Positions 13,439-24,898 of a DNA stretch of 64,000 nt are shown one piece after another. Position 1 is the stretch's first letter. The number at the start of each line of letters is the position of its first letter. The stretch lies in contig NC_042999.1 of the NCBI RefSeq assembly GCF_006345805.1, positions 108,190,001 to 108,254,000 of the forward strand, given 5' to 3'. A program made the translations under genes and the position numbers. This DNA comes from Octopus sinensis. Taxonomy: Eukaryota. The notes under the pieces are model-generated. The model had not been told where the DNA came from and made no database searches. It saw only the letters and a list, made by a program, of their open reading frames with translations.

Positions 13439-14897
13439 TTATAGAAATATCTATCTCAGTAGGCATTTGTGCTCATGTACTTCATTTTAGGAGAATAGAA
13501 ATTTATTTGACCCATTTGTAGTATGAATAAGAAGACACAATCTAATGAAAAAGTATATAATTGATGATGTTAATTGTAGTGGTAAATTTTTAATTTATTT
13601 AGTTATCAAATAACTAACCCCTTTGATATAGATTTTATCTATTTTTAGTTAGTTAATCACAAGGAGGAGAGATAGTCCCCTATAAGCCTTCACAAGTTGG
13701 TGAGATTACTCTGCTTAATGTTCTATGTGAACTACAGAGCTGCAGATCTTGTGAAGAATAGTTGATGCTCCAGAAAAACTGTAAGGAGTGATGTAGAAAT
13801 CTGTGATTGTTAACCATAGAATGTATTACAAGTTTGGAGTCATTAATTGTCTCTTGTTCAAGCTTAATAACTGTGTAAAACAAGACTGTTTATTTGATAT
13901 GCATAATAATTTTGTATTTATGCTTTTGAAGATGTCATTTCTCCGTTAGGATACAGTTTTCAGAACTCTTAATATGGCAGTTGTGCATTAATCTTTAAAT
14001 ACTATAAAGCCTCATGGTTTTATTTCATTTATCCTCCTATTCTTCTTTCAGACTGTTTTATTCATATTCAAACACTTAGGTTCCTTTTGTAAACCTTCTA
14101 TTTATCAATTATGTTTCTTTTCATTTGTTTCCATAGGTGGAGATCATTGTTATAAAGTTATGCATAACTCATTAGAGAAAGGAGTAAGAATATGACTGCT
14201 CTAATATTGATATTAATAGAGCATGACTAGTAATAATTGATGTATTGGATGTGAGACAGTGTTCTGCACATTCTAAGAATCAATCTTGTTTCATTTCATC
14301 AGAAGGAAAGCATAGCACATATTCATAATAATTTGAAGAATTACAGCTTATTAATTTGTTTTTTGATATTGATTTTAAATTTTTATCTATCAAAATCAAT
14401 GTCATAAAATAACAAAGGTTACTAAAAGTTTAAAAGAAAGTAAATGTGAGACTGATTCCTGGAACTGTTTTATTTTTTACTGTCAGTTTCAATTCTCTCT
14501 GATGTTAATTACCTTTGATTTAACTTGCATACGTCTGTGACAAAGGCAGGAACAAACTCAACAACTTTGTATTCCCTCTTCAATATAAATCTCAAGATCT
14601 CTTCTCTGTGTGATGTAGAACAGTCTGCTTAACTTTCCCACTTATAAATGTCTAAATGTCTTAGATGAGTTGTTAACGAATGCTATAATTTCTTACAAAA
14701 TTAATCCTATCTATAGATATTGAAATTTTTCTATTTTTATATTAACATCTGTGCTGTGTTTCATTTACTTTAACATCCAGTCATCACTGAATATTCTGGG
14801 TACTATTTACATAGTATCCCACTTGATTTAAACTTTAGCACTATATACATATCTTGACGTAATGCATCAGATTAGACTCAAAATAATCCAGACACAG

Positions 14898-15135
14898 TCA
14901 TCATCATCATTTAACATCCCCTTTTCCATGCTTGAGTGGGTTAGATGGAGTTTATTTGAGGCAGATTTTCTACAGCTGGATGTTTTTCCTGTCACCAACC
15001 CTCATCTGCTTCCAAGGAAGGTAAATATTCCTCGATAGCCAGATATGTTCTCATAGTGTATTGGAAATGAATGACACTTCTTGTATGATAGTGACACGCC
15101 ACATTTACAACTATCACAGAATGTCAAGACAAGGT

Positions 15136-15178
<43 letters not shown>

Positions 15179-15180
15179 TC
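14898..15180 (-). mobile_element. Family-C-related repeat with (ATC)n tail and (CA)n
   Basis: catcatcatcatttaacatcc...ccatgc...cagctggatgtttttcctgtcaccaacc. Confidence 0.65.
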
Positions 15181-15184
15181 TGTT

Positions 15185-15470
15185 GTGGAAATCAGCTGCC
15201 TGCTGGCCACAAGTGTGGAGAGAAAAATTCAAGAGAAAGGAAACATCTACGGACTATTGATAAGGGGTTTGCAAATTCAGTACCCCAAATACACTTTCAG
15301 CTTCATACTTTTTATTATTGGAGCAACAGGATACACACCATCTAGTGTGGAGCAGAGTATGGCTGAACTTGAGATCTTGGAAGAGAATGCAGTTCCTTAA
15401 TTCATACACTACAAACGATCATGATAGTTGAGACTACAAAAATCTGCAAAGCTTCTAAAAAGTTAAAGGA
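15185..15470 (+). pseudogene. C-terminal restriction-like endonuclease (RLE) fragment of an R4/Dong/NeSL-type non-LTR retrotransposon
   Basis: EISC...KIQEKGNIYGLLIRGLQIQYPKYTFSFILFIIGATGYTP ... TTKICK resembles the RLE tail (EK..KY..L....IP.VIGALG). Confidence 0.7.
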
Positions 15471-15596
15471 TGATGGGTAAAAGAAGATATTTTCCTTCAT
15501 AACCTTGCTACCAAGTAGATGTCCAGCCAAAAATTTACTCTAAAATTAAAAAGAGAAAGAGAAAATGCTTGCATGTATTCATACATATATTCATTC

Positions 15597-15762
15597 ATTT
15601 AAAATAGATTCAGCTTCATGCAAATTAAAGTTTTCTAGGTTTCTTACAAAAACCTATTGCCTCAGGCTTGGTTAACTGCTTAACTGAGTTCAATGAGCTA
15701 GGTTTCTGTAAGAAGCCTATGAAACTTTAAGTTGCATGGAGCTAAATCAAACTGATTTAAAT
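15597..15762. repeat. Long imperfect palindrome (MITE-like fold-back)
   Basis: 15607-15656 is the near reverse complement of 15699-15748; outer atttaaa/tttaaat also pair. Confidence 0.88.
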
Positions 15763-15764
15763 AA

Positions 15765-16242
15765 TCGCAAGAGTATTAAAAATGAACCCGACCACTCTCA
15801 AAACTTAAGTAAACATAATAGAAAAATAATCCAGAATCCTTGTCAGGTACCTGATTGATCCCAGTGGTAGTTATGGAATGTGATGGTGGCTGTAGAAAAT
15901 TTAGTAACAGTAATAAATAGTTTATCCTTATCCAATACAAGTCAAAGTTAACAAATTCACCATTCAAAATAGTTACAACCTGAAGGGAGATAATTGAGAA
16001 AGACTAGAAAGTTAACGTAAGGATATAATCATGTAAAGTAAATATAACAATTCCGAATCCTTGTCCAGTATCAGATTGATCCCAAAATCTAATCAGTTTG
16101 TGCCAGTCACAAGGCCAAGCATCCCTGTAAGTTTCTTCTGAATCAATCCAGTGGTTCTTGAGGTATCTTATCCACAGCCAAACAAACAAACAAATGCAAC
16201 TGAAAACAATACTCCCATCTTAGCAAAGGCTGAGGCAATAAC
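15765..16242 (-). mobile_element. Helentron-associated (HINE/DINE-1-like) non-autonomous element
   Basis: Minus strand starts ttattgcctcagcc..gggagtattgttttc, then (GTTT)n, then gatacctcaagaaccactggattgattcag..gaaactt. Internal repeat gaatccttgtc..gattgatccca at about 15830 and 16055. Confidence 0.6.
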
Positions 16243-16309
16243 ATATTTAACTCTTACTAGATGTATTGATTGCATCTTTCTTTCTTTCATTTGTCCACTC
16301 ACCCTTGTA

Positions 16310-16345
16310 TATAGACATACGAATATATATGTCTATATATATGAT

Positions 16346-16405
<60 letters not shown>

Positions 16406-16548
16406 ATATATATATATATATATAATATATATATATATTATATATATATATATATATGTGTTATATATATATATGTGTATATATATATATGTGTATATAT
16501 ATATATGTGTATATATATATATATGTGTATATATATATATAATATATG

Positions 16549-16631
<83 letters not shown>

Positions 16632-16653
16632 TATCTATATATATATATATATA

Positions 16654-16685
<32 letters not shown>

Positions 16686-17129
16686 GTGTATATGTATATA
16701 TATATATGTGTATATATATATATATATGTGTATATGTATATATATATGTGTATATATATATATGTGTATATGTATATATATATATGTGTATATATATATA
16801 TGTGTATATATATATATATATGTATATAATATGTGTGTGTATATATATATATATGTGTATATATATATATATATATTATATATATGTATATATATATGTG
16901 TGTGTATGTATATATATATGTATATATATATATATATATATGCATACACACATATATATATATGCATACACACATATATATATATATGCATACACACATA
17001 TATATATATGCATACACACATATATATATATGCATACACACATATATATATATATGCATACACACATATATATATATATGCATACACACATATATATATA
17101 TATATGCATACACACATATATATATGCAT

Positions 17130-17172
<43 letters not shown>

Positions 17173-17370
17173 ACATACACACACACATATATATATATGC
17201 ATACACACATATATATATGCATACATATATATATATATATATATATACATATACATACACACACATATATATATATACATACACACACACACATATATAT
17301 ATATATACATACACACGCACATATATATATAAATGCATACATATATGAATATATATATATAAATATACAT
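16310..17370. repeat. About 1 kb compound (TA)n microsatellite with TG-interrupted left half and CA-interrupted minisatellite right half
   Basis: Directly visible; source of the YI/HT-repeat ORFs at 16151-17461. Confidence 0.98.
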
Positions 17371-17999
17371 TCAACATCTTTGGCAGATTTTGTATGGCAA
17401 CTGGAAGAGGATAAAATGAAGTACAGTATGAATTAGTCCATAGTAAGGTATGCGAAACCATACAATATAATTTCCAGGAGATGCCGTCTCTGATCTAAGG
17501 AATCCTTGTCTATTCTATTCTGTGGACTAACAAGAAGATAATTAATAGAATTTCTGAACAACTCTCAAGATGCCTACATGCATATAAATGTACTTTTGCA
17601 CAATGTAGTGAGAATGAATTTTGAGTAACCGTTAACTTAATTTACTTGAAGGTATGGATGACTTAAGTTTACTTTTAACCTCCCCATTCTTATAAACACC
17701 ACGTAGATAGATAACTCAGTTTGTGACCATGAGTGCACCAAACCTCATGCTGTGCAGTTTGCCTGAGGGCGTTTATACATCCATATATGTTAATGGTTAT
17801 TTTTAATACTTTTCTTGCTGGATTGCATGTTCATTTCTCTTTTTGTCATCTGTAATTTTATTTTTGATCTTCTCTATAAATGAAGATATTTCCCCCATCT
17901 ACAAAATGGAAAGTTACATTGCCTAACAGTCATTTTAACAAATTGTATTTATTTATCACTCGATAAGATACATCTGCACCACTAGATGATCCTAACCAG

Positions 18000-18062
18000 T
18001 TGTTGAATGTCCCACCCAATAATAAATTCTTGTTGAATGTCCCACCCATAATAAATTCTTGT
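18000..18062. repeat. Tandem duplication of a 29-30 bp unit
   Basis: ttgttgaatgtcccaccca(a)taataaattc x2. Confidence 0.95.
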
Positions 18063-18088
18063 ATATTCCATCTTCTGTCTTTCATTTG

Positions 18089-18142
<54 letters not shown>

Positions 18143-18149
18143 TATATAC

Positions 18150-18368
18150 ATCATAGTCATGGCCATTACCGGTGTCATATAAATGGCATCCATACCATTG
18201 GCACATAAGAACAACCATTAACTCTCAGAGTGGTTAGTGTTAGGAAGGGCATCCAGCTGGAGAAACCATGCCAAAGTCAGATTGGATCCTGGTGCCGCTC
18301 TCCAGTTTACCAGTTCCAGTCAAACCATCTAGCCCATGATGGCATGGGCTGGATGCTAAATGAAGACG
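18150..18368 (+). mobile_element. Family-C SINE/RTE-tail repeat
   Basis: gagtggtt..gttaggaagggcatccagctggagaaaccatgcc. Confidence 0.8.
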
Positions 18369-18388
18369 GTATATATATATATATATAA

Positions 18389-18789
18389 GTGCAGGAGTGG
18401 CTGTGTGGTAAGTAGCTTGCTTACCAACTACATGGTTCTGGGTTCATTCCGACTGCGTGGTACCTTGGGCAAGTGTCTTCTATGATAGCCTTGGGCTGAC
18501 CGAAGTCTTGCGAGTGGATTTGGTAGACGCAAACTGAAAGAAGCCCATATATATATATATTTGCGTATATGTTTGTAGGTCTGTGTTTGCCCCCCCCCCC
18601 CCACCACCATCACTTGACAACCGATGGTGGTGTGTTTACGTCCCCGTAACTTAGCGGTTTGGCAAAAGAGACTGATAGAATAAGTACTAGGCTTCCAAAG
18701 AATGAGTCCTGGGGTCGATTTGCTCAACTAAAAGGCGGTGCTCCAGCATGGCCGCAGTCAAATGACTGAAACAAGTAAAAAAGTAAAGA

Positions 18790-18792
<3 letters not shown>
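18389..18792 (+). mobile_element. Full-length family-B tRNA-derived SINE
   Basis: A-box-like tggctgtgtggt, B-box-like ggttcattcc, CORE-like accttgggcaagtgtc, internal (TA)n, 3' module ending gactgaaacaagtaaaaaagtaaagag. Confidence 0.92.
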
Positions 18793-18827
<35 letters not shown>

Positions 18828-20185
18828 TATATATAGTATTACCTAACTGATGTATGATGAAGAATTAAAGTCACTTAGATTTTTCTATGATACTCGTAAT
18901 GTATTAAATCTTCAGTTCAACGGACAAACATGTGTCTGTAAAATGAACTGTGAGTATATACTTCTCTATTGAAAGAATGAAAGCATTTATATGGAAGTAT
19001 AGTGAAAGTGTTTACATTATGCATTAGGTCTTTTGTACTGAAGGTTGTCTACAATAATGCCAAAACACAGCTGTTTACAAGTTGCGCAAGTCTTTTTTTA
19101 TAAGTCTACTTACATTACAGATTATATTGATTAATGTCCAATTAAATACAGCAAAATTTTGCTCAGATTTGGTGATAGGAAGTAGTCAGAAAATAAAATG
19201 TAAAATTGGCATTGATTGCAATAAAGAATTTTTTGCCTTTTTTTAGTTTTATCTAAACAAATTCATAAGGTAAATAGATATGTATAAATACAATACCAAT
19301 ACAATCTTTGTCCCATGAAAATGCATATAAAATACTGGATGGGGTTTTTAAAAATGGGTTTTTTCATTTACTGAAAATTTTAAATGCTGTGTTTTAATTT
19401 ATTAAGAATCTGATATATAAATGGTTTAAAAAGTTATTGAAAAAATGTTGTTTTTATCAATAACTTCAATAATGTTGTCATTACAGCAGGTACACTTTTA
19501 GAACCTATACTAGTAAAATTCAAATGTCACTTTCAAATTTACTTCCTATTTTGTTTAGAATAAATGAATATTTTCAGTGTATTTTAGACAGTAATTATAA
19601 TAACTCTGACTAAGCAATTCTTTTTCCTATACATCATGATACCAAAGAAAATTCAATGCACATTGTATACAAAAGATAGCTTTCCCTGGATTCCATAGCC
19701 CATAATTAGTGGTGTGTATTATACAATAATTGTGTATTATATATATGAATAAAAACAGTAGATAACGGAAGATCATTCAAGTAGATGTAAAGTTTTAAAA
19801 AATGGCACAAATATGCTTCTTTTTTATTTTCCTGCAAACTTTTTTCAACTAGCAAGCTATCCAGTTGCAAACTTCTATTAGTGTTTGAACACAGAAAGCA
19901 TTTATGAAATAGAAAACATATCACACCATATGATGTGACAGTTCAGAAGTTTTAAAAATATAGATTTCAATAAATTTAGATTGAAGGTCTGAAAATAAAT
20001 ATCATGTTGGTAATTATAGGGTGGAAAATGAAATGAAAAAGATATGATGTTTATGTTATCACATTATTGTTTTTACTTGTTTAAGAGCTGTTCAAAATAA
20101 GCAACTATTACAATTTTTGTTGATTTTTATGAAAAAGAATACAAAATATAATTATAGCTGCTCTCCTCTTTCACCATTTCCTCCA

Positions 20186-20700
20186 TATCATGATGATCAA
20201 CATTTTAATATCCATTTCCCTGGTATGCCTTTGTTTCAGAATTTCATCTGTGAGGTCCAGTGCTCTGCTATCTGATACACAGCACTTATTCAGCACACAT
20301 ATGCCACATATCTGATACCAGCTTTTCTCAGCCCACGGTAATTTGAATTTCATGCTGGTTAACAGGACACATCTTGTGAATACTTCTCCTTCCATTTTCT
20401 TTCTGACCATGGCAGATCAACCACTGTCCATGTATTACTATTGCACATCATATTTCTTAAATATGCTTTACATACTCTGATTTTCATATGCAGGGAGAAA
20501 CTTTCTCTTCTCAATCAAGATTGTTCTGTAAGCAGTACTCTTGGTAATGAATCAACCAGGCACACAAACCACTTTACATCTAATTTCATTCTGCAAATGC
20601 AAAAAATAATACTGCTTGACCTCTTTGTCTTATTAAAAGCTGCCATATAACCAGCTCATCTGCCTTGAGCATAAATTCTCTGGTCACTATGACCCAACAA
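20186..20700 (-). pseudogene. Decayed RTE LINE 3' fragment ending in the family-C tail
   Basis: Minus strand degenerate FSLHMKIRVCKAYLRNMMCNSNTWTV (RTE SL..KG..Y.ACVR..M.YG.ETW). Terminus ggaaatggatattaaaatgttgatcatcatgat resembles the family-C tail. Confidence 0.55.
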
Positions 20701-21384
20701 ATTAAGCAGATTTAATAGTTCTCGTTATTCATGAGCTCATGGCTGAAACCTATCCTGATCAATCTGGTGATCTTATCTTCCTCTGTTGTTATCTCCCCTA
20801 ACCTTTGGAAACATCTTAAAATAGTTAACTGTATATGGTTACTTAATCTGTTAGAAATAGCAACCAAATATCCCTCAACTCACACCTACAATCGAATGTA
20901 AGAATGGAACATTTTAGTTAAGGTCTTACTAGTCTCTAAAATGATGGGATGGGCAAGGTTGCAATGTCTTTTGCTTAATCAGGGTTGACCTGCAGCTAAA
21001 CAATAACAATTTTAAACATTGCAATAGAAATAAAGATTGTTATAAACAGTCACCTTTTTAAGCCTTCAGACTATTTTTCTCCTCATTGACCTTCAGTATG
21101 GAGGTCACTCAGGAGAACCTTATCTATTGGAGATTTACCATTCTACATAATTATCTTGAGAAGTTTGACAAAAGCACTGCTACTACTCTTAAAATAAACA
21201 AATTCATTGATCATTTCCAGTAAAAGAGATGGCATTGAACATCCTAGAAATATTTGGATGTATTTTGCATCCTAGAAATATTTTGTTAATTCACTCTAAT
21301 ATAAAGTGTGTGAACCAGGCCTATTTAAATTCCTTGTGCAGTAATTCTGGCATGCCTCGGTGTTCAGTTATTTTTTATCATATA

Positions 21385-21900
21385 CTTTCTTTCTTCTTTA
21401 TGCCTTTAACCCTCCAACGTGGAGTATAGGCCACTCATAGTTGAATTCCATGTTGCATAATTTTTGGCTTCTGTACTAATACTCTGCCATGAATGTCCCC
21501 CTTTTTCTAGTTCCTTTTGTGTTGATCTCTGCCACGAGTTCTTCGGCCTACCTCTCCTTCTATATCCATCCAGTTTCCAGTGTAAAGCACTTTTCGCTAC
21601 ATTTGGTGTGTCTTTTCTGATTGTGCTACCAATACACTTCCACTTTTTCTTAAATAATTGCTCCCTAATCGAAACTTGATTTGTTCTTTGCCATAGCTCC
21701 ATATTGCTTATGTGTTCGGGCCATCTAATTCTAAGTATACTACGCAAGCATCTGTTGATGAATGATTGTATTTGCTTATTTGACTTAACTGTTGTTCACC
21801 ATGTCTCAGCCCCATACAATAACACTGCTTTTACGTTAGTGTTAAAAATTCTTATTTCGTTCTTTATTGAAATTACACTTGCACTCCATACTACCTTCTC
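21385..21900 (-). pseudogene. RTE-clade LINE, 5'-truncated RT C-terminal region with (AAG)n tail
   Basis: IRIFNTNVKAVLLYGAETW*...FINRCLRSILRIRWPEHISNMELWQRT...WKCIGSTIRK...ALHWKLDGYRRRGRPKNSWQRS. Confidence 0.92.
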
Positions 21901-22818
21901 TTTATTAATAATCTACTGAATATTGTTATTTCCAACCAAACACAACGCCTATTTATTTTATAATACCATTTTCTCTTTGATAACTTTCTTCATGCAAGTA
22001 TTACCCACAGTCAGCTTTTGCAGATACATTTTCTTTTGTTACCATTAAGCACATTTATTACACATGTAACAACTACTGACGATCTTTTGTAGAACCACAT
22101 TTCTATAACATTGCTAAAACTGGATTTCAAAGTTCGGGTGTGAGATCCAGTTTGTAGCTAAGAAAGATACTTCAGTACTGAAAATAATTAATAATTCTAT
22201 TTGAAGGTGAAACAGCACTCCACTTTAGGATATTACACATACGTACATTACCATGCACACACTCACACAAGAGATACTGACCACATCCAAAGAGACCAAA
22301 TGCAAGACCATTAAACTGATAGGAAAGCAATAATATAGTCACTAGTATACTGAAATATATGCCACTCGCTCCTTCTGTTAAAACAACTCCTCTCTTGCTG
22401 GTCTGACAATTTGTACATCACTTAACTCAGCCCATTTTGTTATCTTTACTATTTCAGATGCCCAAATCTCTGCATCATACACTTTTCCCCTACTCTTATC
22501 CTTAGAATGGAACTTTTTTAAATATTCTTCTGTAACTTTATGTTTCTCTATATTACTCTTTCACCCGTTCAGCATCCTGATACACTCCTCCCACTCCACC
22601 TTGCTGCATGCTTACACATAAGAAAAATGTAGTCTTATATATAATACAATTTACTGCATAATGCTAGCAAGATTGTTTTTATTAATTCAATTTTAGCATC
22701 CTAAAAATAAATAAGAAACAAAACTAACTAGATGGTTTGGTGTTCAGTCCTACTGTGTGACTTCTTGTTGAAGTACCTTCTTTTTATAGTCCCAAGCCAA
22801 CCAAAGTCTTGTGTGTGA

Positions 22819-22856
<38 letters not shown>

Positions 22857-22882
22857 TATATATATTATATATATATATATAT

Positions 22883-23205
22883 ATATCGGAATCTACATAC
22901 CATGGACAAGAAGCATTTCTACCCATTCTTCACAGCACTTTCCTTTGGATAATGGAATTGCAACTGTAATATCCTATATATATTTTTACTTTTATTGTTA
23001 ATCCCTTATTTCCCTTTATACTTCCTATATCCATCCTATGAACTCTATATTGAACTCTACTATTTTCTTCTAGTTAACTCTCATATTGTCTCTGATGAAG
23101 GGATATCCTTAATATCCCAGAAACAGCTGCAAGACTACCTTTCTCTTTATAAATGTCCTATAAATTCTACATAGCCTTGGTATTGTTGTTTCATCTTATT
23201 TCTAA
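22883..23205 (+). mobile_element. Penelope-like element 3'/pLTR fragment
   Basis: ISESTYHGQEAFLPILHS...LQL* (endonuclease-tail-like), then a pyrimidine-rich UTR containing a hammerhead motif. Confidence 0.55.
23088..23135 (+). ncRNA. Minimal type-I hammerhead ribozyme motif, probably inactivated
   Basis: Stem I gtct/agac; core CTGATGA (23092-98); stem II gggatat-cctta-atatccc; GAAA (23120-23); palindromic cagctg. The cleavage triplet reads GCA instead of GUA. Confidence 0.75.
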
Positions 23206-23398
23206 GCTTGCATAGAAGCCTCTCTAGCCAGGGAAGATATTACTTTGATCAGAGAGAGATAAGGGTTGGTGATTAGAAGATCCTCTGACTGTAGAAAATC
23301 TGCCACAATAAATTCTGTTTGACCCATACAAGTATGAAAAAGAAGACATTAAGAGAATGATGATGAGTCCCCAAATTTTGAACTTAAAATGTAAAGTA

Positions 23399-23547
23399 AC
23401 AGGTGTGGCTGTGCGGTAAGAAGCTTGCTTCCCAACCACATAGTTCTGGGTTCAGTCCCACTGCGTGGCACCTTGAGTGAGTGTCTTCTACTATAGCCTC
23501 AGGCTAACCAAAGCCGTGTAAGTGGATTTGGTAGACAGAAACTGAAA
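23399..23547 (+). mobile_element. Family-B SINE head (left arm of fold-back)
   Basis: Matches the 18389 head. Confidence 0.92.
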
Positions 23548-23554
23548 CAAGACA

Positions 23555-23712
23555 GGCTTCTTTCAGTTTCTGTCTACCAAATCCACTCACAAGGCTTTGG
23601 TCAGCCTTAGACTATAATAGAAGACCTTGCCCAGTGTGCCACGCAGTAGGACTGAACCTAGAATCATGTGGCTGGGAAGCAAGCTTCTTACCACAGAGCC
23701 ACCCCTGTGCCT
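23555..23712 (-). mobile_element. Family-B SINE head (right arm of fold-back)
   Basis: Reverse complement of the preceding copy. Confidence 0.92.
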
Positions 23713-24435
23713 AATATATACATACGCAGATGCATACATGTAAACATATATTGAGAGAGCAAGAGAGAGATGACTTCCACCATCAAAGACACTTTTAGCC
23801 ATTCAAAAGCACACAAAACCATTTAACCTCATTTTATCATTTAGACAATAAATAATAAATGATGAAGTTTAGTTTTTGTGGTTTTTTAATGGCTATTATG
23901 GGTGTTCCAGGCTGTAATTACTTTAGTTTCAATACTTGGTCACAAATCAAATCACTGACCAAACAAGTACAACTCCAATATGTATGATCGATATGTTTTA
24001 TTTTGTTTATTATTGAGACATCTGATGAGAATATATTGGAGAAGTGTTTCCTATGGCTAGATGCCTTTCCTGACACCAACCCACACTCCAAGAATAATTA
24101 CACAGAGAACTGGAAGCAAAAGACGGTTAAATGAGCATTTTGTTTACAAAGCTAATGCAATATGTCAAGACATGTAAAGGATCCCAGACATGCACTTGTG
24201 GTGGCCAGCACACAAATGACATCATTTGCTTGTGCAAGGCTATTGCTTACAATTAACAAACACATGTGAATATGAAGAAAAATACAAACTCAAACATACA
24301 TGTATACATACATGCATGCATACATGCATGCATACAGACATGCAAACATACATACATGCATGCATACATATATATATGCACACATACAAACAAACATGCA
24401 TATTTGTATATGAATGTATAGTTATACACAGATAT

Positions 24436-24688
24436 AAAATAATAAATGCACCCTTTTAAAGCCTAGCCAGGCTCATGGGCCCGGTTTTCCGGTTTCTATG
24501 GCATATGTATTTCCTCAGCTGGATGGGATGCCAATCCATCGCAGCATTACTCATTTTTGCCAGCTGAGTGGACTGGAGCAACATGAAATGAAATGTTTTG
24601 CTCAAAAACACAATGCGTCTCCCGGTCCAGAAATCAAAACCACAATCTTACGATCATGATGCTGACACACTAAGCCACGCACCTCCAC
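24436..24688 (-). mobile_element. Family-D tRNA SINE (V-domain-like) with 13-bp TSD
   Basis: TSD tatacacagatat at 24423-24435 and 24689-24701; reverse complement of 26025-26285. Confidence 0.92.
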
Positions 24689-24697
24689 TATACACAG

Positions 24698-24728
<31 letters not shown>

Positions 24729-24744
24729 CGTATGTACGTACGTC

Positions 24745-24898
24745 CGTCCGTCCAGTTTCCATCTACCAAATCCATTCACAAGGCTTTTGATTAGCCTAGG
24801 GCCATAATAGAAGACAGACACAATATGCCATGCACTGAGACTGAATCCAAACCCTGTTGATTGAGAACTAAACTTCTTCTTAAGATCATGCCTGCACT
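24745..24898 (-). mobile_element. Family-B SINE head
   Basis: cagtttccatctaccaaatccattcacaaggcttt. Confidence 0.75.

Noticed and set aside
14137-14184. Short AG...GT exon-like segments (also near 38501, 54639 and 61925)
   Set aside because: No recognisable peptide or consistent multi-exon frame; such signals are frequent in AT-rich DNA.
16151-17461. Long ORFs up to 404 aa (YI/HT/CV repeats), also at 769-1210, 44400-44863 and 55776-57161
   Set aside because: Translations of dinucleotide microsatellites or SINEs that lack stop codons by composition.
18000-18062. 30-bp direct repeats suggesting CRISPR
   Set aside because: Only two adjacent copies, no spacers, no cas genes, eukaryotic context.
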